A stretch of DNA of 50,489 nucleotides. Origin: a virus (taxonomy: Duplodnaviria > Caudoviricetes). Below, in pieces: positions 1 to 6,756 of the stretch. Position numbers and translations under genes: made by a program. Location: positions 1 through 50,489 of IMG/VR virus record IMGVR_UViG_3300011339_000406; one strand, given 5' to 3'. The stretch's first letter is position 1, and each line of letters begins with the position of its first letter. The notes beneath the pieces are model-generated. The model had not been told where the DNA came from. It was given only the letters and a program-made list of their open reading frames with translations, and did no database searches.

Positions 1-281
1 CCAGCCTCCGTGTTGGTACTACCGACAACGATATCAACGCGTTGAAGAACAACGGTTCGATTCCTGAAGGTTACACAATTAACCACTTCTTGACGGACAG
101 CAACGGCTGGTATCTGACCACTGACGTGCCTAACGGTATGAAGCACTTCGTGCGTTCGCCTTTGGCTAACTCAATGGACGGTGATTTTGACACCGGAAAC
201 GTGCGTTACAAGGCCCGCGAGCGTTATTCGTTCGGCTGGTCTGACCCTCTGGGTATGTACGGCTCGCCCGGTTCGTCCTAA
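1..281 (+). CDS. Major capsid protein, C-terminal fragment (Mu gpT-like, HK97 fold)
   Basis: Frame is open from the window edge (SLRVGTTDNDINAL...). Ends with DFDTGNVRYKARERYSFGWSDPLGMYGSPG, the typical C-terminus of gpT-like capsids. Followed by a strong terminator. Confidence 0.9.
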   Translation, partial: SLRVGTTDNDINALKNNGSIPEGYTINHFLTDSNGWYLTTDVPNGMKHFVRSPLANSMDGDFDTGNVRYKARERYSFGWSDPLGMYGSPGSS

Positions 282-306
282 AAACCAAGGGTTTATCCCT
301 AGTTTT

Positions 307-331
307 AAGGCCCTTCGGGGCCTTTTTCTTT
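307..331 (+). terminator. Rho-independent terminator after the capsid gene
   Basis: AAGGCCC-TTCG-GGGCCTT stem with a C(UUCG)G loop, followed by TTTCTTT. Confidence 0.9.
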
Positions 332-380
332 GTCTACGTTTTGGCGCACTGATTACCTGTGTCGTAACGCAGGAGGCATC

Positions 381-409
381 TTGCACCCCCCTGAGAAATA
401 GTGTATATT
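381..409 (+). promoter_or_regulatory. Sigma70-like promoter
   Basis: TTGCAC (381-386), 17-nt spacer, TATATT (404-409); intergenic, just after the terminator. Confidence 0.7.
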
Positions 410-418
410 GCTCTCATT

Positions 419-491
419 CCGGGGTTACCGGCGTATCAAACTGTCCCGGCAGACGACATACCGATTGATGCGCTTCACTTGTATGTAAGGA
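419..491 (+). ncRNA. Structured RNA with interlocked helices; candidate Mu-gpT-DE-like motif
   Basis: Pairings 419-424/444-449, 431-439/465-473 and 456-461/481-486. Lies downstream of a gpT-like gene and abuts the SD of the next gene. Confidence 0.6.
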
Positions 492-497
492 CTCATC

Positions 498-1001
498 ATG
501 GGATTCGCTACTCACCTTGGCCCTTGGCTCTTGGGCACTGTCAAAAACACCACCGGCACTACCGCTGGCACTATCCGTAATTTGGGCGCTACTATCGTTG
601 CCCAGACCTACACAGCCCCCACTTCTGTCATTCTGGCAAGCCCTGCTGCACAACTGATGTTCGTGCTTCCTGCTGGCGCTAAGATTGTTCGTTTTGGCCT
701 TGAAGTCAATGTTGCTTTGACTGGCGCGTCTAACTGCGGCGTTACCATCGGTAGCAGCGGCACTGCCAATCTGTACATGGCTACGGTCAACACCGGCACT
801 TCAGCGGTTCAAACTTCTCCAGCCACTATTGCAGCAGCTACTTCAGGTGTTTATGACAGCATTGGCACGACTGATGCGCTCATATACGGTACGTTTACTG
901 CGGCTACCGCTGACGCTACTGCCGGTACGATTACTGTCACTGTTGAGTACATCGTTCGTGACTCTGACGGCTCTGCCAATCCATCTGCAACCCAGCAGTA
1001 A
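498..1001 (+). CDS. Putative virion structural protein (capsid decoration-like)
   Basis: 167 aa, T/A/G-rich and beta-like; SD AAGGA at 487; directly after the capsid gene. Confidence 0.6.
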   Translation: MGFATHLGPWLLGTVKNTTGTTAGTIRNLGATIVAQTYTAPTSVILASPAAQLMFVLPAGAKIVRFGLEVNVALTGASNCGVTIGSSGTANLYMATVNTGTSAVQTSPATIAAATSGVYDSIGTTDALIYGTFTAATADATAGTITVTVEYIVRDSDGSANPSATQQ

Positions 1002-1008
1002 TTAGTCT

Positions 1009-1030
1009 CGGGGGCTTCGGCCCCCGTTTT
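1009..1030 (+). terminator. Rho-independent terminator
   Basis: CGGGGGC-TTCG-GCCCCCG followed by TTTT. Confidence 0.8.
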
Positions 1031-1044
1031 ACAGGAGATTGATT

Positions 1045-1323
1045 ATGATGCAGACAGACGTTAAAGCTACGCACGTAGAAGCTACGGGCACAGTGGTATC
1101 TGGGCGCAACCGCCTCAAGGCATACCATTGCATTTCCGGTGGGACAGCAGGTGACGTTATTTTCCGAGACGGAGGTGCTTCTGGCACGATTCGCCTGCAA
1201 TTTAATATTGGTACAGGTACGCAACCCGTTTCATTGCTCATCCCCAGCGAAGGCATTTTGTTCAATACGGACATCCATGTAACGCTTCCTACCGCCGCAA
1301 AAATTACGACGTTCTATGGCTAA
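1045..1323 (+). CDS. Hypothetical phage protein (probably structural)
   Basis: SD AGGAG at 1032-1036, ATG at 1045; small beta-rich protein in the head region. Confidence 0.7.
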   Translation: MMQTDVKATHVEATGTVVSGRNRLKAYHCISGGTAGDVIFRDGGASGTIRLQFNIGTGTQPVSLLIPSEGILFNTDIHVTLPTAAKITTFYG

Positions 1324-1570
1324 GAAAACCCCTTCCCTTGCAGTTGGTCGTGGCGAGAAGCTGCCCGTCTCCAAGGGGGCCGGGTTGACGGCTAAGGGCC
1401 GTGCCAAGTACAACGCAGCCACAGGCAGCAACCTGAAGGCTCCACAGCCCCAAGGTGGCCCGCGCAAGGACTCGTTCTGCGCCCGCATGAGCGGTATGCC
1501 CGGCCCAATGAAAGACGAAAAAGGTAAGCCTACCCGCAAGGCGGCTTCTTTGGCAAGATGGAAATGCTAG
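1316..1570 (+). CDS. Small basic phage protein (DUF6321-like)
   Basis: GLTAKGRAKYN...RKDSFCARMSGM...SLARWKC pattern recognised from memory. Confidence 0.65.
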   Translation: MAKKTPSLAVGRGEKLPVSKGAGLTAKGRAKYNAATGSNLKAPQPQGGPRKDSFCARMSGMPGPMKDEKGKPTRKAASLARWKC

Positions 1571-1579
1571 GAGCACGCT

Positions 1580-2107
1580 ATGGTTGATTACAAACGCAAG
1601 ATGGGTATTGAAGAGGACAAGGATTCTCCCGCGTATTACCGGGAAAAAGAAAACGTCCGCATGAGCAAACCCGGCAAGTACGACAGTATTCGCCCCGCTG
1701 GTGAAGAAGAGCGCCTTTCAAAACGTAAATCGGAAGGCTTGAAACAGGCAGCAATGGGTGCAGGGTTAGCCCCCGCTTCTATTGCTTTTGAAACCGCTTT
1801 TGGTGGCCGTTCCAGTGGAAATAAAGGCCCCATAGGTGCTGGTGCAGAGCAACTTGCTGGTGCTGGCGACAGACTTGTAAAGTCCACAAAAGAAGCTGCG
1901 GATTCTATTGGCGGAGGCCTTCGTCAATACAAGAACGCTAAGTCGGAAGCAGCGGATTTGGATACGGAACTTGACAGCCAAACAAAACGTGAAACCCGAG
2001 GCAAAGCCAAAGGTGGCATGACCAAAGCCTACGCCAAAGGCGGCTCAGTATCCGCCCGTGCAGACGGTATTGCCCAGCGTGGCAAGACCAAAGGACGGAT
2101 GTGCTAA
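1580..2107 (+). CDS. Hypothetical protein with C-terminal AKGG/RADG-GKT module
   Basis: SD AGGAG at 1569; ends YAKGGSVSARADGIAQRGKTKGRMC. Confidence 0.75.
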   Translation: MVDYKRKMGIEEDKDSPAYYREKENVRMSKPGKYDSIRPAGEEERLSKRKSEGLKQAAMGAGLAPASIAFETAFGGRSSGNKGPIGAGAEQLAGAGDRLVKSTKEAADSIGGGLRQYKNAKSEAADLDTELDSQTKRETRGKAKGGMTKAYAKGGSVSARADGIAQRGKTKGRMC

Positions 2108-2347
2108 ATGGACTTGAACTCAGCATGGTCAGCAGCGTTGACCTTAACAACGACCATCATTGGCTTTTTGTTGAAAGAGAAGTTCAACGAGTTAAAGCGG
2201 TTGGACATACTGCTCAACAAGACACGAGAGGAAATGGCCCGTGATTACACTACTCAAGCAGAAGTGCAGCGCATTACTGACCACATTGACCAACGGTTTA
2301 ACCGCCTTGAAGCAAAAATTGACCAGCTTATTCAAGCGGGGAAGTGA
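2108..2347 (+). CDS. Small membrane-anchored coiled-coil protein
   Basis: Hydrophobic N-terminus followed by a heptad-like tail (FNRLEAKIDQL); abuts both neighbours. Confidence 0.7.
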   Translation: MDLNSAWSAALTLTTTIIGFLLKEKFNELKRLDILLNKTREEMARDYTTQAEVQRITDHIDQRFNRLEAKIDQLIQAGK

Positions 2348-2817
2348 TGCCAGCGACAAGCCCTAAGCAAAAGAAATTTATGGATGCTGCGGCGCACAAT
2401 CCAGCGTTTGCCCAGCAGGCCGGGATACCTCAGTCCGTTGCAAAAGACTTTAGCGAGGCTAGCAAAGGAATGAAGTTTGGTAAGGGGCCCAAAGCGCGGC
2501 CTGATTTGCAACGTATCAACAAGCCTGAAACTCGACAAGGCAAAATGGAACTATTTAAGAAAGGTGGAAACACTATGGCCTCTAAAATGCCCGCAGCCCT
2601 CATGGCTAAATTTGAAAAGTCTGGCAAGGACGTTGAGAAAAAAGGGGCCAAAGAAGGCTCTAAGAAAGAAATGATGATGGACCGGATGCAGATGAAGACG
2701 AAGAAGATGGCTTCTGGTGGTCTGGCTTCTGGTCACAAGAGCGCCGACGGTATTGCCTCCAAAGGTAAGACCAAGGCTCGTCAAGTGAAGATGAACAAGG
2801 GCGGCATGGCCTGCTAA
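2347..2817 (+). CDS. Basic K/M-rich hypothetical protein
   Basis: TGATG overlap with the previous stop; MPATSPKQKKFMDAAAHNPAFA start; three xxGG motifs. Confidence 0.75.
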   Translation: MPATSPKQKKFMDAAAHNPAFAQQAGIPQSVAKDFSEASKGMKFGKGPKARPDLQRINKPETRQGKMELFKKGGNTMASKMPAALMAKFEKSGKDVEKKGAKEGSKKEMMMDRMQMKTKKMASGGLASGHKSADGIASKGKTKARQVKMNKGGMAC

Positions 2818-2827
2818 GGAGAAAATC

Positions 2828-3055
2828 ATGGCTGAAGATAAAAAACCCTCCAACTACGATGAAGTAGTGGATGCCAAGATGCAGGCAAAGAAAGACGCTG
2901 TATATGACGCTGCTGACAGTACTCCTGCAAACCCGAAGTCTGCTGGTGCTGGCCAAGGCATGCGCGGGGTCAAGAAGATGGCTAAAGGTGGTTCCGCTTC
3001 TAGCCGTGCAGATGGCTGTGCTCAACGTGGCAAAACTCGGGGAATGATGCTGTGA
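2828..3055 (+). CDS. Small hypothetical protein with AKGG/RADG-GKT module
   Basis: SD AAGGAG at 2816-2821; ends MAKGGSASSRADGCAQRGKTRGMML. Confidence 0.75.
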   Translation: MAEDKKPSNYDEVVDAKMQAKKDAVYDAADSTPANPKSAGAGQGMRGVKKMAKGGSASSRADGCAQRGKTRGMML

Positions 3056-3327
3056 TGGCTTCCCGTGGCATGGGTGATATCAACCCATCCAAGATGCCCG
3101 GCGCGAAGAAAAAAGCGCGTCGGGATAACACCGACTTCACGCAATACGCTGAAGGCGGCAAGGTCAATGCTGCGGGAAACTACACCAAGCCTAGCTTGCG
3201 CAAACGTATCGTGTCTCAGGTGAAGGCTGCGGCCACACAGGGCACAGGTGCAGGGCAATGGAGCGCAAGAAAAGCGCAGCTTGTAGCCAAGAAGTACAAA
3301 GCCGCTGGTGGAGGGTACAAGGATTGA
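3055..3327 (+). CDS. Small basic protein, DUF5872-like N-terminal half
   Basis: NYTKPSLRKRI...GQWSARKAQLVAKKYKAAGGGY motif. Confidence 0.7.
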   Translation: MASRGMGDINPSKMPGAKKKARRDNTDFTQYAEGGKVNAAGNYTKPSLRKRIVSQVKAAATQGTGAGQWSARKAQLVAKKYKAAGGGYKD

Positions 3328-3557
3328 AAGCACCGCAGCAATCCCTGAAAGCTTGGGGGGACCAGAAATGGCGTACCAAGTCGGGAAAGCCGTCGTCGAA
3401 GACAGGTGAACGATACCTCCCTGAAGCTGCTATAAAGTCCTTGTCCCCATCCGAGTACGCTGCAACCACTAAAGCAAAACGCGCTGGTAAAGCAGCAGGT
3501 AAACAGTTTGTGGCGCAACCCAAGAGCATTGCAAAGAAAACAGCAGGTTTTAGATAA
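3324..3557 (+). CDS. Small basic protein, DUF5872-like C-terminal half
   Basis: TTG start overlapping the previous TGA, SD GGAGGG at 3310-3315; QSLKAWGDQKWRTKSG...ERYLPEAA...GKQFVAQP. Confidence 0.7.
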   Translation: MKAPQQSLKAWGDQKWRTKSGKPSSKTGERYLPEAAIKSLSPSEYAATTKAKRAGKAAGKQFVAQPKSIAKKTAGFR

Positions 3558-4483
3558 TGGCCAATACCTCCGGCTCCACAGCTTTCAACCTTGACCTCAC
3601 CGAGTTGGTCGAGGAGGCTTTTGAGCGGGCTGGAAGTGAGTTGCGTACGGGCTATGACATGCGCACGGCGCGGCGCAGCCTCAACATCATGTTTGCCGAC
3701 TGGGCTAACCGGGGCATCAACCTGTGGACGATTGAGCCGGGCACGATTACCTTGGTGCAAGGGCAGAATACCTACGCCCTGCCAGACGACACGATTGACT
3801 TGCTGGAACACGTCATCCGTACGGATGCCAACAGCACTTCCAACCAGTCTGACCTGACCATCACCCGCATCAGTGTTTCTACTTACGCCACTATCCCGAA
3901 CAAGCTGACCCAAGCGCGGCCCATCCAGCTTTGGATTCAGCGGTACAACGGGCAGACTTCCGTAGTAGGGTTAACCCTAGCTACCACAATCACGAGCACT
4001 AGCACCGAAATCACCTTGAGTTCCACAGTGGGTTTACCCGCTTCTGGGTTCATCAAGATTGACTCAGAGACCATCAACTACGGCTACATAGATGGGAACA
4101 CCCTCTATAGCTGTTTCCGTGGGCAGAACAACACCACTGCGGCGTCCCATAATTCTGGGGCTACCGTCTATTGGCAGCAGCTTCCCGCCATCACCGTCTG
4201 GCCTACACCCGACAATGCACAGACATACACGTTCGCCTACTGGCGGCTACGCCGCACCCAAGATGCTGGCGGCGGTGTGAACATCATGGACGTGCCATTC
4301 CGGTTTATCCCCTGCATGGCGGCGGGCTTGGCGTTTTATATTGCAGGCAAGATTCCTACCGGTATGGAACGCCTACCCATGCTCAAGCAGCAATACGATG
4401 AGACTTGGGAGCTTGCGGCATACGAAGACCATGAGAAAGCGGCCCTCCGTTTGGTGCCGCGACAGACCTATATCGGGCGGTAG
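3557..4483 (+). CDS. Head-tail connector/adaptor-like virion protein
   Basis: EEAFERAG...ARRSLNIMFADWANRGINLWT...VWPTPD...FIPCMAAGLAFY pattern of podovirus adaptor-like proteins; position in the late module. Confidence 0.65.
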   Translation: MANTSGSTAFNLDLTELVEEAFERAGSELRTGYDMRTARRSLNIMFADWANRGINLWTIEPGTITLVQGQNTYALPDDTIDLLEHVIRTDANSTSNQSDLTITRISVSTYATIPNKLTQARPIQLWIQRYNGQTSVVGLTLATTITSTSTEITLSSTVGLPASGFIKIDSETINYGYIDGNTLYSCFRGQNNTTAASHNSGATVYWQQLPAITVWPTPDNAQTYTFAYWRLRRTQDAGGGVNIMDVPFRFIPCMAAGLAFYIAGKIPTGMERLPMLKQQYDETWELAAYEDHEKAALRLVPRQTYIGR

Positions 4484-4485
4484 TC

Positions 4486-4875
4486 ATGGGCAATAGATTC
4501 GCTTCTGGCAAGAATGCAATCTCCGAATGTGACCGTTGCGGTCAACGGTTTAAATTGAAGGTTCTACGCACAGAAATCATCAAGACGAAGAACTACAATC
4601 TCTTGGTATGCCCTGCATGTTGGGACCCTGACCAACCGCAGCTACAGCTAGGTATGTTTCCTGTAGACGACCCACAGGCTTTGCGTAACCCACGCCCTGA
4701 CCGTAGTTACGTAGCTTCTGGCCTAGATGTACTGGGGTATCCCGGTGGGGGTAGTAGGGACATCCAGTGGGGATGGAATCCTATTGGTGGGAGTAGTAAT
4801 TTTGATGTGGGTTTGACCCCCAACTACTTGGTCGGAACCACGAGTGTTGGCACGGTAACAGTAACGGTTTCATAG
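4486..4875 (+). CDS. Conserved phage protein with Zn-finger (CxxC...CxxC)
   Basis: CDRCG and CPACWDPDQPQL motifs, followed by DPQALRNPRPD. Confidence 0.75.
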   Translation: MGNRFASGKNAISECDRCGQRFKLKVLRTEIIKTKNYNLLVCPACWDPDQPQLQLGMFPVDDPQALRNPRPDRSYVASGLDVLGYPGGGSRDIQWGWNPIGGSSNFDVGLTPNYLVGTTSVGTVTVTVS

Positions 4876-4881
4876 GAGTCC

Positions 4882-5082
4882 ATGATGGCTAAAGAAGACA
4901 TGAAGAGTGACAAGGCGCAAGACAAGGCCATGATTAAGAAGGCGTTTAAGCAGCACGATGCTCAAGAGCATAAAGGTGGCAAAGGCACTTCGTTGAAGCT
5001 AAAAAAGGGTGGGCCGACTACGGATGACCGTATGCGCCTTGGTCGTAATATGTCGCGTGCGGCAAGCCAAAAAACGGGGTAA
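4882..5082 (+). CDS. Small basic hypothetical protein
   Basis: SD AGGAG; contains LKKGG. Confidence 0.7.
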   Translation: MMAKEDMKSDKAQDKAMIKKAFKQHDAQEHKGGKGTSLKLKKGGPTTDDRMRLGRNMSRAASQKTG

Positions 5083-5085
5083 ATC

Positions 5086-5349
5086 ATGGCATACAGTATG
5101 AAAAAAGGCGGTAAGGAAGTTGGTCAAGCCAGCGTCTACGCCAAGCCGCACACAATGGATGGCAAGGCAATGAAGATTGCTTCAAGCCCCGGTAAAGAAC
5201 CTAACCGCAGCAAGATGGACACGCTAGACATCAGCGTTGGTGGCATCAGCAAATCTGCTGGGGATGAACAGACCAAGACAGCTGGTATCAAAATGCGGGG
5301 AACTGGCTGCGCTACTAAAGGCACAATGTCAAGGGGCCCGATGGCATGA
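5086..5349 (+). CDS. Small basic hypothetical protein
   Basis: MKKGG near the N-terminus; ends IKMRGTGCATKGTMSRGPMA; ATGA overlap with the next gene. Confidence 0.7.
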   Translation: MAYSMKKGGKEVGQASVYAKPHTMDGKAMKIASSPGKEPNRSKMDTLDISVGGISKSAGDEQTKTAGIKMRGTGCATKGTMSRGPMA

Positions 5350-6041
5350 ACTATTCTGAGCTTGTATCGGCGATACAGACCTACACGGAAAATAACTTTC
5401 CGACGATCACCCTTGCGGATTCGTCTACGGTCTCGTCTACGGCTCAGATTAACCGTTTCATCCAACAGGCAGAACAGCGCATCTACAACACGGTGCAGTT
5501 CCCTTCTCTGCGTAGGAATGTGACAGGGGTTACTACTTCAGGTAACAAGTACTTAGCTTGCCCCGATGACTTCCTTGCCCCGTACTCTTTGGCTGTTTAC
5601 ACTACGTCCGGCCCGTTCATATACCTACTGAACAAGGATGTGAACTTCATCCGTGAGGCGTACCCAACGCCAACTGATACGGGAACCCCCAAGTACTACG
5701 CTTTGTTTGGCCCAGCCGTTGTAAGTTCGGTCATTAGTAACGAGTTGTCGTTCATCCTTGGCCCTACACCCGATGCGGTCTACAACGCTGAACTGCACTA
5801 CTACTATTACCCCGAGTCCATCACCTCCGCAGGTACTACATGGCTTGGGGACAACTTTGACACTGTGCTGCTGTACGGTTCGCTAGTTGAGGCGTACACT
5901 TTTATGAAGGGTGAAGCCGACCTAATCGCGCTATACGACGGTAAATATAAAGAGGCATTAGTTCTTGCTAAACGTCTGGGTGATGGTATGGAGCGTCAAG
6001 ACGCTTACCGTAGTGGTCAGTATAGACAGGCGGTGACATGA
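5346..6041 (+). CDS. Phage adaptor/tail tubular A-like protein
   Basis: MNYSELVSAIQTY...FIQQAEQRI...GTPKYYA...LGPTPD...LLYGSLVEAY pattern. Confidence 0.7.
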   Translation: MNYSELVSAIQTYTENNFPTITLADSSTVSSTAQINRFIQQAEQRIYNTVQFPSLRRNVTGVTTSGNKYLACPDDFLAPYSLAVYTTSGPFIYLLNKDVNFIREAYPTPTDTGTPKYYALFGPAVVSSVISNELSFILGPTPDAVYNAELHYYYYPESITSAGTTWLGDNFDTVLLYGSLVEAYTFMKGEADLIALYDGKYKEALVLAKRLGDGMERQDAYRSGQYRQAVT

Positions 6042-6451
6042 GCATTGTCCAGACGCAGACCACCAGCTTCAAGGAAGAGTTGTATCAGGCCGTCCACAAT
6101 CTGGCTACAGATACCATCTACATTGCCTTGTACAACGGTAACGCCAACTTGAATGCAGATACCACGGCCTACACAACCTCCAATGAAGTTGTGGCTGCTG
6201 GATACACAGCGGGTGGCAATGCGTTGACTGGAGTAGCTATTAGTTCTTCTGGTTCAACGGCGTACGTGAACTGGGCAAACACATCTTGGGCTGCTGCAAT
6301 CACGGCCCGGTGTGCGTTGATTTACAACGTGACCCAAGGCGGCAAGTCTATTGCAGTGATTGACTTTGGTGCAGATAAGACTTCGACTACCACGTTCACT
6401 ATAACGATGCCCGCTAACACGGCTACTACGGCGCTCATTAGAAGTTCGTAG
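6038..6451 (+). CDS. Virion structural (tail) protein
   Basis: TSFKEEL...IALY...GYTAGG...ARCALIYN...VIDFGADKTS pattern; tail-region context. Confidence 0.65.
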   Translation: MSIVQTQTTSFKEELYQAVHNLATDTIYIALYNGNANLNADTTAYTTSNEVVAAGYTAGGNALTGVAISSSGSTAYVNWANTSWAAAITARCALIYNVTQGGKSIAVIDFGADKTSTTTFTITMPANTATTALIRSS

Positions 6452-6459
6452 GAAGCAGC

Positions 6460-6741
6460 ATGGCTACTTGGACACCTATAGATACAAGTACTGATATAGC
6501 GGTATCGTATGACTTCAACCCGTATGCTACTTTGGCGTTTGCTGAAGGGGCGTTTGCAGACGGTACGGTTTATGACCCGTGGAGCAGTATTGGCACTGCG
6601 CAGTCGCCAAATTGGGGTGTAATAACAACTGGGACTTCACTGTCGTATGACTTCAACCCGTACGCCACCTTGGCTTTTGCTGAAGGTGCTTTTGCTGACG
6701 GTACGGTCTATGACCCGTGGACGTTGATTTCTACGTCCTAA
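6460..6741 (+). CDS. Small acidic protein with an internal 26-aa duplication
   Basis: SYDFNPYATLAFAEGAFADGTVYDPW occurs twice; the DNA copies differ only at synonymous sites. Confidence 0.8.
   Translation: MATWTPIDTSTDIAVSYDFNPYATLAFAEGAFADGTVYDPWSSIGTAQSPNWGVITTGTSLSYDFNPYATLAFAEGAFADGTVYDPWTLISTS
6505..6720 (+). repeat. 78-nt imperfect direct repeat (6505-6582 and 6643-6720)
   Basis: 70 of 78 nt identical; all 8 differences are at third codon positions. Confidence 0.9.
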
Positions 6742-6756
6742 GTAAAAAGGAATGAT

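Noticed and set aside
419-473. HDV-like ribozyme reading of the pseudoknot
   Set aside because: Only 4 nt separate the P2-like 5' strand from the P1-like 3' strand, leaving no room for P3/L3/P1.1.
3191-3913. 240-aa minus-strand ORF and many other antisense ORFs in the track
   Set aside because: They shadow well-supported genes on the opposite strand and have no recognisable motifs or convincing RBS.
6505-6720. DGR template/variable repeat or CRISPR array
   Set aside because: Differences are synonymous and not adenine-specific, there are only two copies, and no reverse transcriptase or cas operon is present.
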